Source of the DNA: a virus
Taxonomy: Duplodnaviria; Caudoviricetes
DNA length: 64,000 bases
Reading direction: 5' to 3' (one strand)
IMG/VR virus record: IMGVR_UViG_3300021431_000076
Coordinates: 32,001 to 96,000 of that record
Shown here: piece by piece, positions 1 to 9,384 of the stretch
Position numbering within the stretch: the first letter of the stretch is position 1
How the letters are laid out: the number at the start of each line of letters is the position of its first letter
Notes under the pieces: model-generated
Databases searched by the model: none
Told to the model about the DNA's origin: nothing
What the model saw: only the letters and a program-made list of their open reading frames with translations
Made by a program: the position numbers and the translations under genes

Positions 1-372
1 ACTATTGAAACTGAACCTATGATTATTAATGGTAAACTATATAAAACCTATCCCAAGATTAGAAAATCTGATATCTTAAAGAATAGTTCTAATAAATGGA
101 TAGATGTTGCTACACCAAATAATGCTAGACTTGGAACATTTGGAGCTGACTTTGATGGAGATACAATCAGTTCTAAAACTCCTTTCTCAATTGAAGCAAA
201 TCAGGAATTATATGATATTACTAATAGTAAAATGAATTATATTGGTCTTACTGGTATAAATGAGATTACAACTTCTAAAGAAGGATTACAAGCTCTTTAT
301 AATCTTACTTTAGTATTACCAGAAGATAGAGATAAGATGTCTAAACTTACATTAGCTGACTTTGGTTATTAA
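1..372 (+). CDS. rpoC: 3' end of a phage multisubunit RNA polymerase beta'-like subunit carrying the catalytic motif (probably virion RNAP); 5'-truncated by the window edge
   Basis: GADFDGD catalytic aspartate motif; frame 1 is open from base 1 (TIETEPMIING...). Confidence 0.9.
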   Translation, partial: TIETEPMIINGKLYKTYPKIRKSDILKNSSNKWIDVATPNNARLGTFGADFDGDTISSKTPFSIEANQELYDITNSKMNYIGLTGINEITTSKEGLQALYNLTLVLPEDRDKMSKLTLADFGY

Positions 373-432
373 TCACATTCAAGTAAATCAATATTATGCT
401 TAATCTTTAATTAGAGAGGAGAGCTTAGAGTC

Positions 433-1923
433 ATGCAATATATTCCTATTTCGGAAGTACAGCGTAGAAAGCACACTTATAATTTTCCTTTTTTTAATGA
501 ATCGTATCCATTATTTGAATCTTACCAAGATATATATAACTATGACAATATAAGATATTCTGTCTATAAGTGGGATCTATATTCTAATAATGCAGAAAAG
601 AATATTAACCAAGCATTATCTTTATTAGAGATGGTGTTTAAAGAAGGAGCAGATTATGAGCAAGAAGAATTAACTCAAATGATTAGTGATAGAGTTATTT
701 CTCATCTAGGCTCTCCTGTTATATTTAAGAAAATCCTTCCAAAACATACTGGAATATCTGAAAGTGCTAAAACTTCATTAATAGAATCTACAAATAAACT
801 TATTGAATGTGATAGAGTACTAGAGAATCACTCTCTAGTATCTAAGAGATTTAATATAGATAAATTTGTATCCCGTAATATTATATATGAAGATGCATTT
901 ACTGAAACAGTATATACACTTTGTTCTCTTATTGATACCTATAATATGGATATGAAAGCCAAGTTTGCTACTAGTGCTGAACTTGCTTTATATTGTATTA
1001 ATGAATCAGGAGAGAATATTCCAGAACAAAAGATCATAGAATCAGTAATAGATTATTTTGCTATTTATCATAGAGATAATGATATGCAGAAGTTTGCTGA
1101 TAATATTTATACAGCTACAAAGAAAGATCCATTTATTCAGGATTCCATAGTAGAGAATTATCTGAATTATCTTATGGATGTGAATGATAAGATTCAAGAA
1201 GAGCTACAGAACTTTGATGAAGAAGTTATTAAAAAATATAATGATGATAATACTTCTATCTTTGAAGCATGTAAAGTATTAGATGGTTCTTTAAGATCTT
1301 TATGTGAATTAGCATTCTTAGATAAAGCGAAAGAAGTTATTACTAAAATCAAATTAGCTCCAGCCAAATCAGTTGCTATGATAAAAGAAGGTGTTAGAGC
1401 CTTATTAGTTCCTACTAGATTACAGGATATAAAAGATGGAACTAAAAATGCACTTTCTTTAATTTTTTATGCTGTTATTACTCTTGCTTGTATTCCCTTT
1501 GGTAGTCCAGTAGCTGCTTTATTAGGTGCAGCATCTAGTATTATCATTGCTAAGCATATGGATAAGCAATATCTTAGAGAAGCTATGCAAGAATGGAGAG
1601 AACACAAATATTCTGTAGAGAGAAAGATTAAAGAGTGTACCGATCCAGATAAAAAGAGAAAATTGAAGCAATACTTAGAAGAAGTTGAAAAGAATATTGC
1701 TATTCTAGAAAAAGAATATGATAAAACTCGTGATAAGACTTTACCAGAACTTAGAGTAGAACATGAAAAGAGAATAGCATCTCCAGATTATAAGATTAAA
1801 TCTTTCCAAGTGAATCCTCATGGTAAAGAAATAGGAACTAAGACTCCTGATGATATATTTAATCAGGTTAAGAAAACTGGTACTACTGATACAAATACTA
1901 TAGATGATGATGATGAAGAGTAA
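433..1923 (+). CDS. Hypothetical protein, probable virion/head protein
   Basis: 496-aa ORF; late-type promoter CACA-N6-TA at 374-385; GAGGA RBS; lies upstream of the capsid gene. Confidence 0.55.
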   Translation: MQYIPISEVQRRKHTYNFPFFNESYPLFESYQDIYNYDNIRYSVYKWDLYSNNAEKNINQALSLLEMVFKEGADYEQEELTQMISDRVISHLGSPVIFKKILPKHTGISESAKTSLIESTNKLIECDRVLENHSLVSKRFNIDKFVSRNIIYEDAFTETVYTLCSLIDTYNMDMKAKFATSAELALYCINESGENIPEQKIIESVIDYFAIYHRDNDMQKFADNIYTATKKDPFIQDSIVENYLNYLMDVNDKIQEELQNFDEEVIKKYNDDNTSIFEACKVLDGSLRSLCELAFLDKAKEVITKIKLAPAKSVAMIKEGVRALLVPTRLQDIKDGTKNALSLIFYAVITLACIPFGSPVAALLGAASSIIIAKHMDKQYLREAMQEWREHKYSVERKIKECTDPDKKRKLKQYLEEVEKNIAILEKEYDKTRDKTLPELRVEHEKRIASPDYKIKSFQVNPHGKEIGTKTPDDIFNQVKKTGTTDTNTIDDDDEE

Positions 1924-1935
1924 GGAGGTGAAGAA

Positions 1936-2685
1936 ATGGGATTATTTGAACAGATGATCTTAGGTGAAGCAGCTCCTAAACAAAAACCTTCTCCTATGGT
2001 TCAACCACAAGAAAATGAAGAAGAACCTCCTGATTTTACACAGAGAGAACCCGATCCAGAACCAGATCAAGCTCCTGCTCCTCCAGGTCAAGAACCAATG
2101 CCTCCAGAAGAAGGTGGTGGAGAAGAAATGTCACCTGAAGAAGGAGGAGAGGAAGCTCCTCCAGAAGAACAAGGAATGGAAGAACAACCTCCTATGGAAG
2201 GAGATCCTAATGCAATGATGGGTGGAGAACCATCAGATGCAGAAGAATTGGATCAAGCTGAAGGCGAGATATTTAAAGATATCAAACCTGAACAGATGAA
2301 TATTAAGATAGAGGAGCTAAAGCAGCAGTTTAAGAAGTTTAATTCTGTTATAGTTGCTGCTATGGAGAAACTAGATGATGTATCTCATACTACATATGAT
2401 GATGCACTTCTAGAGTTCATTGCTAGAAAATTATTAGAGCTTAAAGAACTCTCTAGAGATTATCTACTAAAGACTTTCAATACTAGAACCTATATACAGA
2501 ATCAGGTAGAGTTACAGAGAATGATAGTAGCATTTAATCTAGTAACCAATTTAATATCTGAAATAAGACAATCTAGAATTAAGAGAAAGACTGCTATAGA
2601 AGAGAGAAATAATAAGCTCTTTAAGATAAAAGATAAGACTGAAAAATTCCCAAATCAGTACCCTAGAGGGTTCGAAGAAGCCTGA
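1936..2685 (+). CDS. Pro/Glu-rich probable prohead scaffold/core protein
   Basis: Acidic low-complexity N-half and coiled-coil C-half; ILGEAAP protease-site-like motif; immediately upstream of the capsid gene; AAGGAGG RBS. Confidence 0.5.
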   Translation: MGLFEQMILGEAAPKQKPSPMVQPQENEEEPPDFTQREPDPEPDQAPAPPGQEPMPPEEGGGEEMSPEEGGEEAPPEEQGMEEQPPMEGDPNAMMGGEPSDAEELDQAEGEIFKDIKPEQMNIKIEELKQQFKKFNSVIVAAMEKLDDVSHTTYDDALLEFIARKLLELKELSRDYLLKTFNTRTYIQNQVELQRMIVAFNLVTNLISEIRQSRIKRKTAIEERNNKLFKIKDKTEKFPNQYPRGFEEA

Positions 2686-2714
2686 TTCTGAAGCCCTAGA
2701 ATATTAATATATTC

Positions 2715-2726
2715 AACATATTGATA
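2715..2726 (+). promoter_or_regulatory. Late-type phage promoter, representative copy (NACA-N6-TA)
   Basis: AACA-tattga-TA. Plus-strand copies at 374, 8573, 9344, 16369, 21006, 21442, 23584, 24608, 25604, 28761, 32210, 34126, 37571, 39153, 42353 and 58486. Minus-strand copies at 44913, 50400, 50983 and 59362. Matches the AR9 late consensus AACA-N6-TA/G. Confidence 0.8.
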
Positions 2727-2832
2727 ATCAGAGAGGTTTATCATAACCTTTATATTATATTAATGAAAACTAACTCAACGTTTGATAAAATTTCCTTTAA
2801 GTTGAGATAGATCCAAAAAGGAGGAAAACTAA

Positions 2833-4812
2833 ATGGCAGTTGTTGGAACTTCCGCTGCGCAGGAAAATGAAGTAGTACTGCGTGGTTATGAAAAAAATCC
2901 AATGCATAAACTTGCCGAGCAATTCTCCGATATTGCTCAGGCTGGTTTAAGTGAACAGGTTGATATTTTTAGTGAGCCAGGTAAGTTCTTTATGTCTAAC
3001 CTGCTTTCTAATAAAATGAAAAATTTCTTCATGCAGGAGACTTATGATGTTAATGATCCTGACATGACAGCAGATGCTGTAAATGAACACAACTCTATGC
3101 TTTCTGCTCTTTATGATAATGACGTAAAGGGTCTTTGCGAAGCTGCTCCTTTGGGTGCATATAACCCAGTAGTAGGTATCACCTTCCCAATGCATAAGAA
3201 TCTTCTTATGACAACAGTATTTGATAAAGGTGCTATTCCTAAAGACGTAGCAGCTGGTCCTCAGTTCACACTGACCATGGAGACTCGTACTCTCTATGCT
3301 CCAGATGGTACTGAGATTGATATGTTCCTGGAACAGAATAAGATTAAGGACATTGTTGAATCTGCTATTCCTCGTAAGGATATTATTATGGCAGTTCCAG
3401 AAGATCAGCAGACTAATGTTCTTAAACTTCTTGGTGCTGTTAATCAGACTATTGCCAATATCTCTCGTTCTACCAAAGTTACCAAACTAGTTTGCCCAAA
3501 TGTATACTGTGAAGCTGGTGATGAATACTTTGATCCAGTCACCAAAACAGTTCAGGTAGTTACTGCTGGTAATGAAGGTAATAAAGCAAAAGTAGTTGCT
3601 ATTGAACCAATTCGTTTTGTATCTAGCTATGGTCAATATGATAGAACTTTCCAGAAGAGAATCGACTTAGTTCTACCAACTAATGCTAATGGTGGTACTA
3701 AACAGCTTATCTTCCAGATTGCTGGTTCTATGCATAAAAATAGATTTACTTTCCTCTGCAGTGTTCCAGATACTGAGGTATCTCACCTGATTCTTTCTGC
3801 AGCTCTTGATGTATCTAGCGCAGCATATGAAACTCCAAAAGTAAAATGGTCTGCACGTACAGACTTCTTCGAGATTCCAGAGGCTCCGCACATTACTGTG
3901 ACCATCAGCCCTGAAGAAACTCGTGATATCCAGGCTATGTATAACATTAATCAGCTTACCAAGATCATGTCCATGATCAAGCTGACTCTTGTTAACTATA
4001 AAGATGATAAGATTCTTGAAAATCTTGATGAATCCTTCCTGAACCTCCCAGTTCAGAATAAGATTTCCAGTGCTTTCAACTTCGTACCTCCTGATGGGTT
4101 CCTTGGCTCCCATATCACTTGGAGATATGAAACCTTCATGGACCACCTTGATACTCAAGTAACTAACATGCTTCAGATTCTTAATGATGAGAACATGACT
4201 GTTACTATCTTTGGTCGTCCTGAACTGATTCGTAAGATTACTCCAAAACAGTATACTTACAGCACTCCTGCAAGCATTGGTCCTGTTATGCTCGACTACA
4301 AGAAGACTATTGTAAATACTTCTGATAATCGTGTATATCAGTTCATCAGCTCCAATAAACTTCGTAACGATAATAACCTGATCCTGATTCTTTGCCCACG
4401 CAACAGCAATCGTATTATCTATAAGATTTTCGATTATCAGCTCTATGTTGGTAATGAAATTCGCGACACTGTAAACTATCAGCTCCCAGCTGTAACTGCA
4501 TTCGAACGTTTCTTGTTCGTTCAGTATCAGCCTGTACAGGGTCGTATCAGAATCGTTAATCCTTCTGGCCTTAAAGAAGACATTGAAAACAACGAGCCAA
4601 TTGGTGATCGTGCTCTCAATGACTACACTGCTAACAAGCATGAATATGACTTTGGTGGCAAATGGGCTCCTAAAGAACAACTTCCTGGTACTACTAGAAG
4701 TGCTATTCTGCCTGCATCCAACGCGGCTAACGAATTCAAGGATGTTGCTCCACGTAACAACCAGTACGTTTATGCTCCGAACTATGCAGTTGATCAGCCT
4801 GACAACTTCTAA
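2833..4812 (+). CDS. Major capsid protein precursor
   Basis: 659 aa; codon usage typical of high expression; AACA-N6-TA promoter at 2715-2726; strong RBS; LCE^AAP maturation-like site; own terminator; resembles jumbo-phage capsid proteins. Confidence 0.8.
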   Translation: MAVVGTSAAQENEVVLRGYEKNPMHKLAEQFSDIAQAGLSEQVDIFSEPGKFFMSNLLSNKMKNFFMQETYDVNDPDMTADAVNEHNSMLSALYDNDVKGLCEAAPLGAYNPVVGITFPMHKNLLMTTVFDKGAIPKDVAAGPQFTLTMETRTLYAPDGTEIDMFLEQNKIKDIVESAIPRKDIIMAVPEDQQTNVLKLLGAVNQTIANISRSTKVTKLVCPNVYCEAGDEYFDPVTKTVQVVTAGNEGNKAKVVAIEPIRFVSSYGQYDRTFQKRIDLVLPTNANGGTKQLIFQIAGSMHKNRFTFLCSVPDTEVSHLILSAALDVSSAAYETPKVKWSARTDFFEIPEAPHITVTISPEETRDIQAMYNINQLTKIMSMIKLTLVNYKDDKILENLDESFLNLPVQNKISSAFNFVPPDGFLGSHITWRYETFMDHLDTQVTNMLQILNDENMTVTIFGRPELIRKITPKQYTYSTPASIGPVMLDYKKTIVNTSDNRVYQFISSNKLRNDNNLILILCPRNSNRIIYKIFDYQLYVGNEIRDTVNYQLPAVTAFERFLFVQYQPVQGRIRIVNPSGLKEDIENNEPIGDRALNDYTANKHEYDFGGKWAPKEQLPGTTRSAILPASNAANEFKDVAPRNNQYVYAPNYAVDQPDNF

Positions 4813-4839
4813 TTTGGATTTTAATATAAATAAAAACTT

Positions 4840-4870
4840 CCCAGTAGAGCAGAAATGCTCTACTGGGTTT
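4840..4870 (+). terminator. Intrinsic terminator after the capsid gene
   Basis: CCCAGTAGAGCA-GAAA-TGCTCTACTGGG followed by a T-run. Confidence 0.85.
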
Positions 4871-4900
4871 CATGTGTTTTAGTAAAAAGAAAAATAAATA

Positions 4901-4915
4901 TATATTATATGAATG
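4901..4915 (+). promoter_or_regulatory. Early-type phage promoter, representative copy (TATAYTAT-N5-TG)
   Basis: TATATTAT-atgaaT-G. Plus-strand copies at 12615, 12743, 17296, 21136, 31129, 51033 and 54032. Minus-strand copies at 12574, 23178, 28734, 45575, 50016, 50219, 59865, 60591, 61014 and 61299. Confidence 0.8.
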
Positions 4916-4960
4916 AAAGGAGAAATAAGAAAAAATAACTTAGAAAGGAGAGAAATGTAA

Positions 4961-7522
4961 ATGAAAACAAAAGACAAAAGCATTTTCAGAGAATACTTTT
5001 CTGAATTTGTAAAAAATCATTTGGTGCATAGTGATAATGAATCTTTGAGACGGATTGAAATATATGGTATTTTTAAATGCTACTGTGAGACAAAGTACCC
5101 ATCAGTTCAATTTGCTTGTCACTACTCATCTGTTTTTAGAGCAATAATAATGGATTCAGAATTCTTGAATTCAGAGTTATTATCAAGTGATAGGTTTTAC
5201 ACTTATTCAGTTTCTGTAGTTGGTTTTGAATATGATCCAAAATTAGTTCAAAGAAATATTGCAGAAATAAGGAGCTACGAGAGACAAAAGCCTTCTAGTG
5301 TAAAAAAGAAGAAAAAATCTCTTGGAGATAATGTTCCTGAAGAGTTGTTAAGTTCTGATTTTAATGCAAAAAATCTTTATAAAATATTCTTTGATTATTT
5401 CATTGATTCATTGAAACCATCTAATGACTTTTCTAAAGTTTTTACTATTGAATCGCTATATGAATTTTATGGTTTGTGGATAAAACATACTTTTCCAAAT
5501 AGCGAAAAGTATAAATATACATTCAACACATTTAGAAATTCATTTGGCTACATTATGAGAAAATTAGAAAAGAACTTAGGTGATGATTATATAATTCATT
5601 CTTTTCAGAATAAAATATATATGTTCATAGATTTTCCGTGTTTGCCTGAATTATCAGAACAGTGTAAAATAAAGAATCCATTAGATAGAGATCCAGAGTA
5701 CTTATTTGGGGGGAAGAAAAAAATGGTAAAAAGATCAGAAGCACAAAACGTATTCAATGACTTTACCCAATGCATTAAACCTGGAGGTGATAACACATTT
5801 ACCAGGATGCAGCTTTATGGTATTTATGAACAGTTCAATGATATTATGTCAGAGGTTCCTAGCGATACAAAATATCATAGGAATACTTTCAACCAGAAAC
5901 TAGAGAAGCTTGATATTCCTTGTGATTGTGTGACTAAGATAACTACATACAGAGGATTCGACCGTGAGTATAAGGAATATTTATACCACTGTGATATCAT
6001 CAACTTTAGTTATAACAAGGATTTATTGGTCAACTCTATAGCAATGTATAGAGAAGAAAATATCATGAGCAAATTCAAGAAGAATGCTTCTAAAATTCTT
6101 GATAACTTAAAGAAGAATGGCCCTGTTAAGATCATTCAACCTGCTGTTCAACTTCAACAACCTGATCCAAATTTTCAACAGGGTAAAGTAGATTTGCAAC
6201 CTCTTTATCCCACTCCTGTTCCAGTTATTTCAGATACAGAATCTGCAAATGACTTATATTCTAAGGTTAGGAAATATGGGGATTTCCATGCCAAAGGGGA
6301 TAATAATAGTGTCTTCCAGTTTATGGAAGATGAAAATTACAGTAGGTCATTCTCTAAAGATGAGTATATGCAATTTAAGAAATTGTATGTTGCTTATCTT
6401 AAATATTGTAATAAGAAAGGATATCTTCCTATATCTCGTGTAGGATTTAAGAGTATTATGGAAGATCATACTTATGTTATTGAGAAGAGGGGAGGAACTT
6501 TATTCATCAATGTAAATAAAATCACTCCTGTTGAAGTTGGTAAAGAAGTAGTAGTAGATTCAGCAAAGCCAGAAGTTGTTGAACAAGTAAAAGAAGAGAA
6601 TAAAGATATGGAAATTGAAAAAGCAGTAGAAATTCTTGGCGGTCTTAAAGTATTCAACTTTAAGTTCAAGCCTATAGAAACTCCAGATGTTCCTAAAGAA
6701 CGTCTTCAAGAGATTGACCATTTTGTTAGGGATAACTTTATGCGCAAGTATACTCAATATTCTGAAGATGGAAAAGCTACTTACGACACTAAGAAGCTTT
6801 ATGCATCTTTCAAATATTATACTAAAGATAAAGATATCACTTTCAATCAATTCAGATATGTGCTTTCGCATATACCTGCAGCTAGGCTGACAACATCAGA
6901 AGATCACACAAAAGAATTTTCTGCATTAATTCCAGAATTCTACTTCTTAGCTCATATACATGATAGAGATGTAGAAAATGGAATTCCTATTACAGTCGAT
7001 AGATATAATACAAGAGTGCTTAAAGCTAAAGCAGAGATTATCAAGATCTATCAAGATCTTAAAGAGAATAATGGTTTTGATGATCCTGTTGTAGTGGAAG
7101 AGCCTGTTGTTGAAGAGAACAAGAAGGAGAAAGAAGTTGTAATACAGCAAGAACTTTTACATGAGGTCAAGGAAGAACCAAATGTAAACAAAGAAATCCA
7201 AAATAAAGAAGAGGTGATTGATACAGTTCCGCATGAGACTGATAATGAGGCACTTACCTCAATAAATTCAGCGATGGAAACTATTGAGCATGATTATGCT
7301 GGCGTTATACGCAAGTATAAAGCCTTAGAATCTATCAAACAAGTAATCAAAGAGGAACGAGTTAAGGTTCATGTTGATCTTAAACCGATTTTTGATATGC
7401 TTGTCAATAATGCTTTGACTAAGTTTGAAGGCATGAATCCGACTTTCCCATCATTTGATGAGGAAGTAGAAGATCTTAAAACTAATTTAAGAAATCTTTC
7501 AAGCTTTGTAAAGAAAGCATAA
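4961..7522 (+). CDS. Early protein with about 5 repeated winged-helix-like (D5/P4 primase C-terminal-like) domains
   Basis: Repeated pattern F..F.......LY..Y..(F/W/Y)......F; early promoter at 4901; terminator at 7531-7559. Confidence 0.55.
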   Translation: MKTKDKSIFREYFSEFVKNHLVHSDNESLRRIEIYGIFKCYCETKYPSVQFACHYSSVFRAIIMDSEFLNSELLSSDRFYTYSVSVVGFEYDPKLVQRNIAEIRSYERQKPSSVKKKKKSLGDNVPEELLSSDFNAKNLYKIFFDYFIDSLKPSNDFSKVFTIESLYEFYGLWIKHTFPNSEKYKYTFNTFRNSFGYIMRKLEKNLGDDYIIHSFQNKIYMFIDFPCLPELSEQCKIKNPLDRDPEYLFGGKKKMVKRSEAQNVFNDFTQCIKPGGDNTFTRMQLYGIYEQFNDIMSEVPSDTKYHRNTFNQKLEKLDIPCDCVTKITTYRGFDREYKEYLYHCDIINFSYNKDLLVNSIAMYREENIMSKFKKNASKILDNLKKNGPVKIIQPAVQLQQPDPNFQQGKVDLQPLYPTPVPVISDTESANDLYSKVRKYGDFHAKGDNNSVFQFMEDENYSRSFSKDEYMQFKKLYVAYLKYCNKKGYLPISRVGFKSIMEDHTYVIEKRGGTLFINVNKITPVEVGKEVVVDSAKPEVVEQVKEENKDMEIEKAVEILGGLKVFNFKFKPIETPDVPKERLQEIDHFVRDNFMRKYTQYSEDGKATYDTKKLYASFKYYTKDKDITFNQFRYVLSHIPAARLTTSEDHTKEFSALIPEFYFLAHIHDRDVENGIPITVDRYNTRVLKAKAEIIKIYQDLKENNGFDDPVVVEEPVVEENKKEKEVVIQQELLHEVKEEPNVNKEIQNKEEVIDTVPHETDNEALTSINSAMETIEHDYAGVIRKYKALESIKQVIKEERVKVHVDLKPIFDMLVNNALTKFEGMNPTFPSFDEEVEDLKTNLRNLSSFVKKA

Positions 7523-7578
7523 TTAAAATTAGAACTGGTGGAAACACCAGTTCTTTTTTATTATTAGGGGGTAAAAGA

Positions 7579-8298
7579 ATGGAAAATCCAGAAAAGATGG
7601 CAGGGTTACAAGATTTTATTACTAATGCTTGTAATCAAGATGCTGGTACGAAAGTGAGGTTAGCCGATCTATATAAGTCTTATAATCTGTTCACTAAGGA
7701 GATATCTATGCAACCATATTCTAGAACTACTTTTAGAGAGCACATTAATCATCTATTTAAGATTAAGAAAGATCCAGAAACTAATACTATGATAGTATCT
7801 GGAATTAAACCTAAAGATGAACAACAGAAAGAATTTAAACTTAATCCAGATGAGGTTGCTAAGGCTAGTATAGAGGAGGCTAAATCAGATATGATAGTAG
7901 AAGAAGCAGAGACTAAAGTATCTCCAGATGAAGAATGGGCAGAAAAGATGAAAAAACAAATAGAAGGTATAAAGAAAGAAGATCTAATTACTGAAATCCA
8001 ACAACCAGTAATGCCTAAATTTAAAACTAATGATGAGATTAAAGAAGAGTTGGCCACACCTTTCTTAATATCCTCTTCTAATACTAAAGCATATATAGAC
8101 AATCTTAAAGAACAAAGAAAGCTTATAGATAAGAAGATATCTGTTATGTATAAACTAGATGCTCTTAAGGAGATTACTGATAAGCTATTCTCTGGTACTA
8201 TGACTAATATGGCTAATATAAACAATAGTAAAGATATAGATTCTCTTTCCTCTAAGATCTCTGATGCTATTAGAATCATTGCTGATGTAAAAATTTGA
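7579..8298 (+). CDS. Protein with one N-terminal winged-helix-like domain and a coiled-coil C-terminus
   Basis: LQDFITNAC...VRLADLYKSYNLF...SRTTFREHI resembles the repeats in 4961..7522. Confidence 0.55.
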   Translation: MENPEKMAGLQDFITNACNQDAGTKVRLADLYKSYNLFTKEISMQPYSRTTFREHINHLFKIKKDPETNTMIVSGIKPKDEQQKEFKLNPDEVAKASIEEAKSDMIVEEAETKVSPDEEWAEKMKKQIEGIKKEDLITEIQQPVMPKFKTNDEIKEELATPFLISSSNTKAYIDNLKEQRKLIDKKISVMYKLDALKEITDKLFSGTMTNMANINNSKDIDSLSSKISDAIRIIADVKI

Positions 8299-8366
8299 CA
8301 AGGAGTTGCTCTAGAGGATTTCTCCTCTAGAGCGTAGCATTTTGGAAACCAGTTAGTTCTGAACTA

Positions 8367-8540
8367 TTATTTTGTTCTGTGTAATTTCTTTTTTAAATCT
8401 ATTGGTTCCATAGCAGAGTTAGAACCTATGCACATTGCTACTTTCTTTGGTTCAACCCATTTCTTAGGTTGAGGATTAACTACTTTATTAGCAGTATAAT
8501 CATTTAAAGCTCTTGGACCAATGAAATCTTTATCTTCCAT
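8367..8540 (-). CDS. 57-aa mini-protein homologous to the major capsid protein C-terminal arm (not in the ORF track)
   Basis: MEDKDFIGPRALNDYTANKVVNPQPKKWVEPKKVAMCIGSNSAMEPIDLKKKLHRTK; AAGGAGG RBS 8 nt upstream; tandem TAA TAG stops; hairpin at 8308-8333 downstream. Confidence 0.85.
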   Translation of the reverse strand: MEDKDFIGPRALNDYTANKVVNPQPKKWVEPKKVAMCIGSNSAMEPIDLKKKLHRTK

Positions 8541-8648
8541 ATTAATACCTCCTTATATTTTATGTATCAATTAACAATATATTAGTCGAATCCAAGAGAG
8601 ATTCGTCTTAAATATTCACCATAATTCTATTTAAAGGAGGAATTTTTC

Positions 8649-9236
8649 ATGGCAGTAGGTGCATGGGAAATTAAGTTTTCTACAAATTATCCACAGTTGG
8701 TTGCTACTGCAGTCAGCAAAGTAACAGAAGGTCTTTTAGGTGCTGATTATAATGCTGTTGCTTATCTTGGCAAACAGATTGTAAATGGTACTAACCATGC
8801 TGTTCTTGCTGAACAGACTATTCTAAATGGTAAAGATACTAAGAATGCTGTAGTAATAGTATTCAACGAAAAACCAGGTTCTCTTGATGTTTCTCTTAAT
8901 TCCATCAATACCATTCTTAAAGGTGGTGCTGAATTTGGTGGTGTTAAAGTAGATGTTACTGCAGATCTTACAGAAGAAGATAAAGCAGTATTCGCTAAAG
9001 CTAAAGAAGGTTATGTTGGTGCTAGCCTAGAACCAGTTGCTCTGCTTGGTAAACAGGTTGTTCGTGGCCTCAATTACATTTTCCTCGTTGAGATGAATCC
9101 AGTTGTTTTGAATCCTATAAAGACATATGCTATGGTTACAGTAAATCTCTTCGAGAACGTTGCTACCATTACTGACATTAAACCTTTTGATAATGGTCAG
9201 AATAATGGTGGCTTTGGCTATGCTTTTACTTGGTAA
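8649..9236 (+). CDS. Tandem two-domain cystatin-like protein
   Basis: Two QxVxG motifs (LGKQIVNGTNH, LGKQVVRGLNY), each preceded by an N-terminal Gly motif and a helix; late promoter at 8573; strong RBS. Confidence 0.6.
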   Translation: MAVGAWEIKFSTNYPQLVATAVSKVTEGLLGADYNAVAYLGKQIVNGTNHAVLAEQTILNGKDTKNAVVIVFNEKPGSLDVSLNSINTILKGGAEFGGVKVDVTADLTEEDKAVFAKAKEGYVGASLEPVALLGKQVVRGLNYIFLVEMNPVVLNPIKTYAMVTVNLFENVATITDIKPFDNGQNNGGFGYAFTW

Positions 9237-9384
9237 TTAGTTTATCAAGAATTCTTTACTTGTTTTTCTTAACACACACGTTATTGTTAGAACATATAAA
9301 TTGCACCTAGAGGTTAATTCCTCTAGGTGTTTCTTATTTGGTTTACATTTCAATAATGAGATCATCTAGTAAGGAGGATATATA

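Noticed and set aside
2770-2832. TTTCCTTT in the capsid leader as an RBS-sequestering element
   Set aside because: Pairing is short and G:U-dependent in AT-rich sequence; not distinguishable from chance without covariation data.
3673-4680. 335-aa minus-strand ORF inside the capsid gene, and similar antisense ORFs such as 12985..13584, 7749..8279 and 14768..15241
   Set aside because: Shadow frames caused by the codon bias of the real genes; no RBS or promoter and no recognisable motifs.
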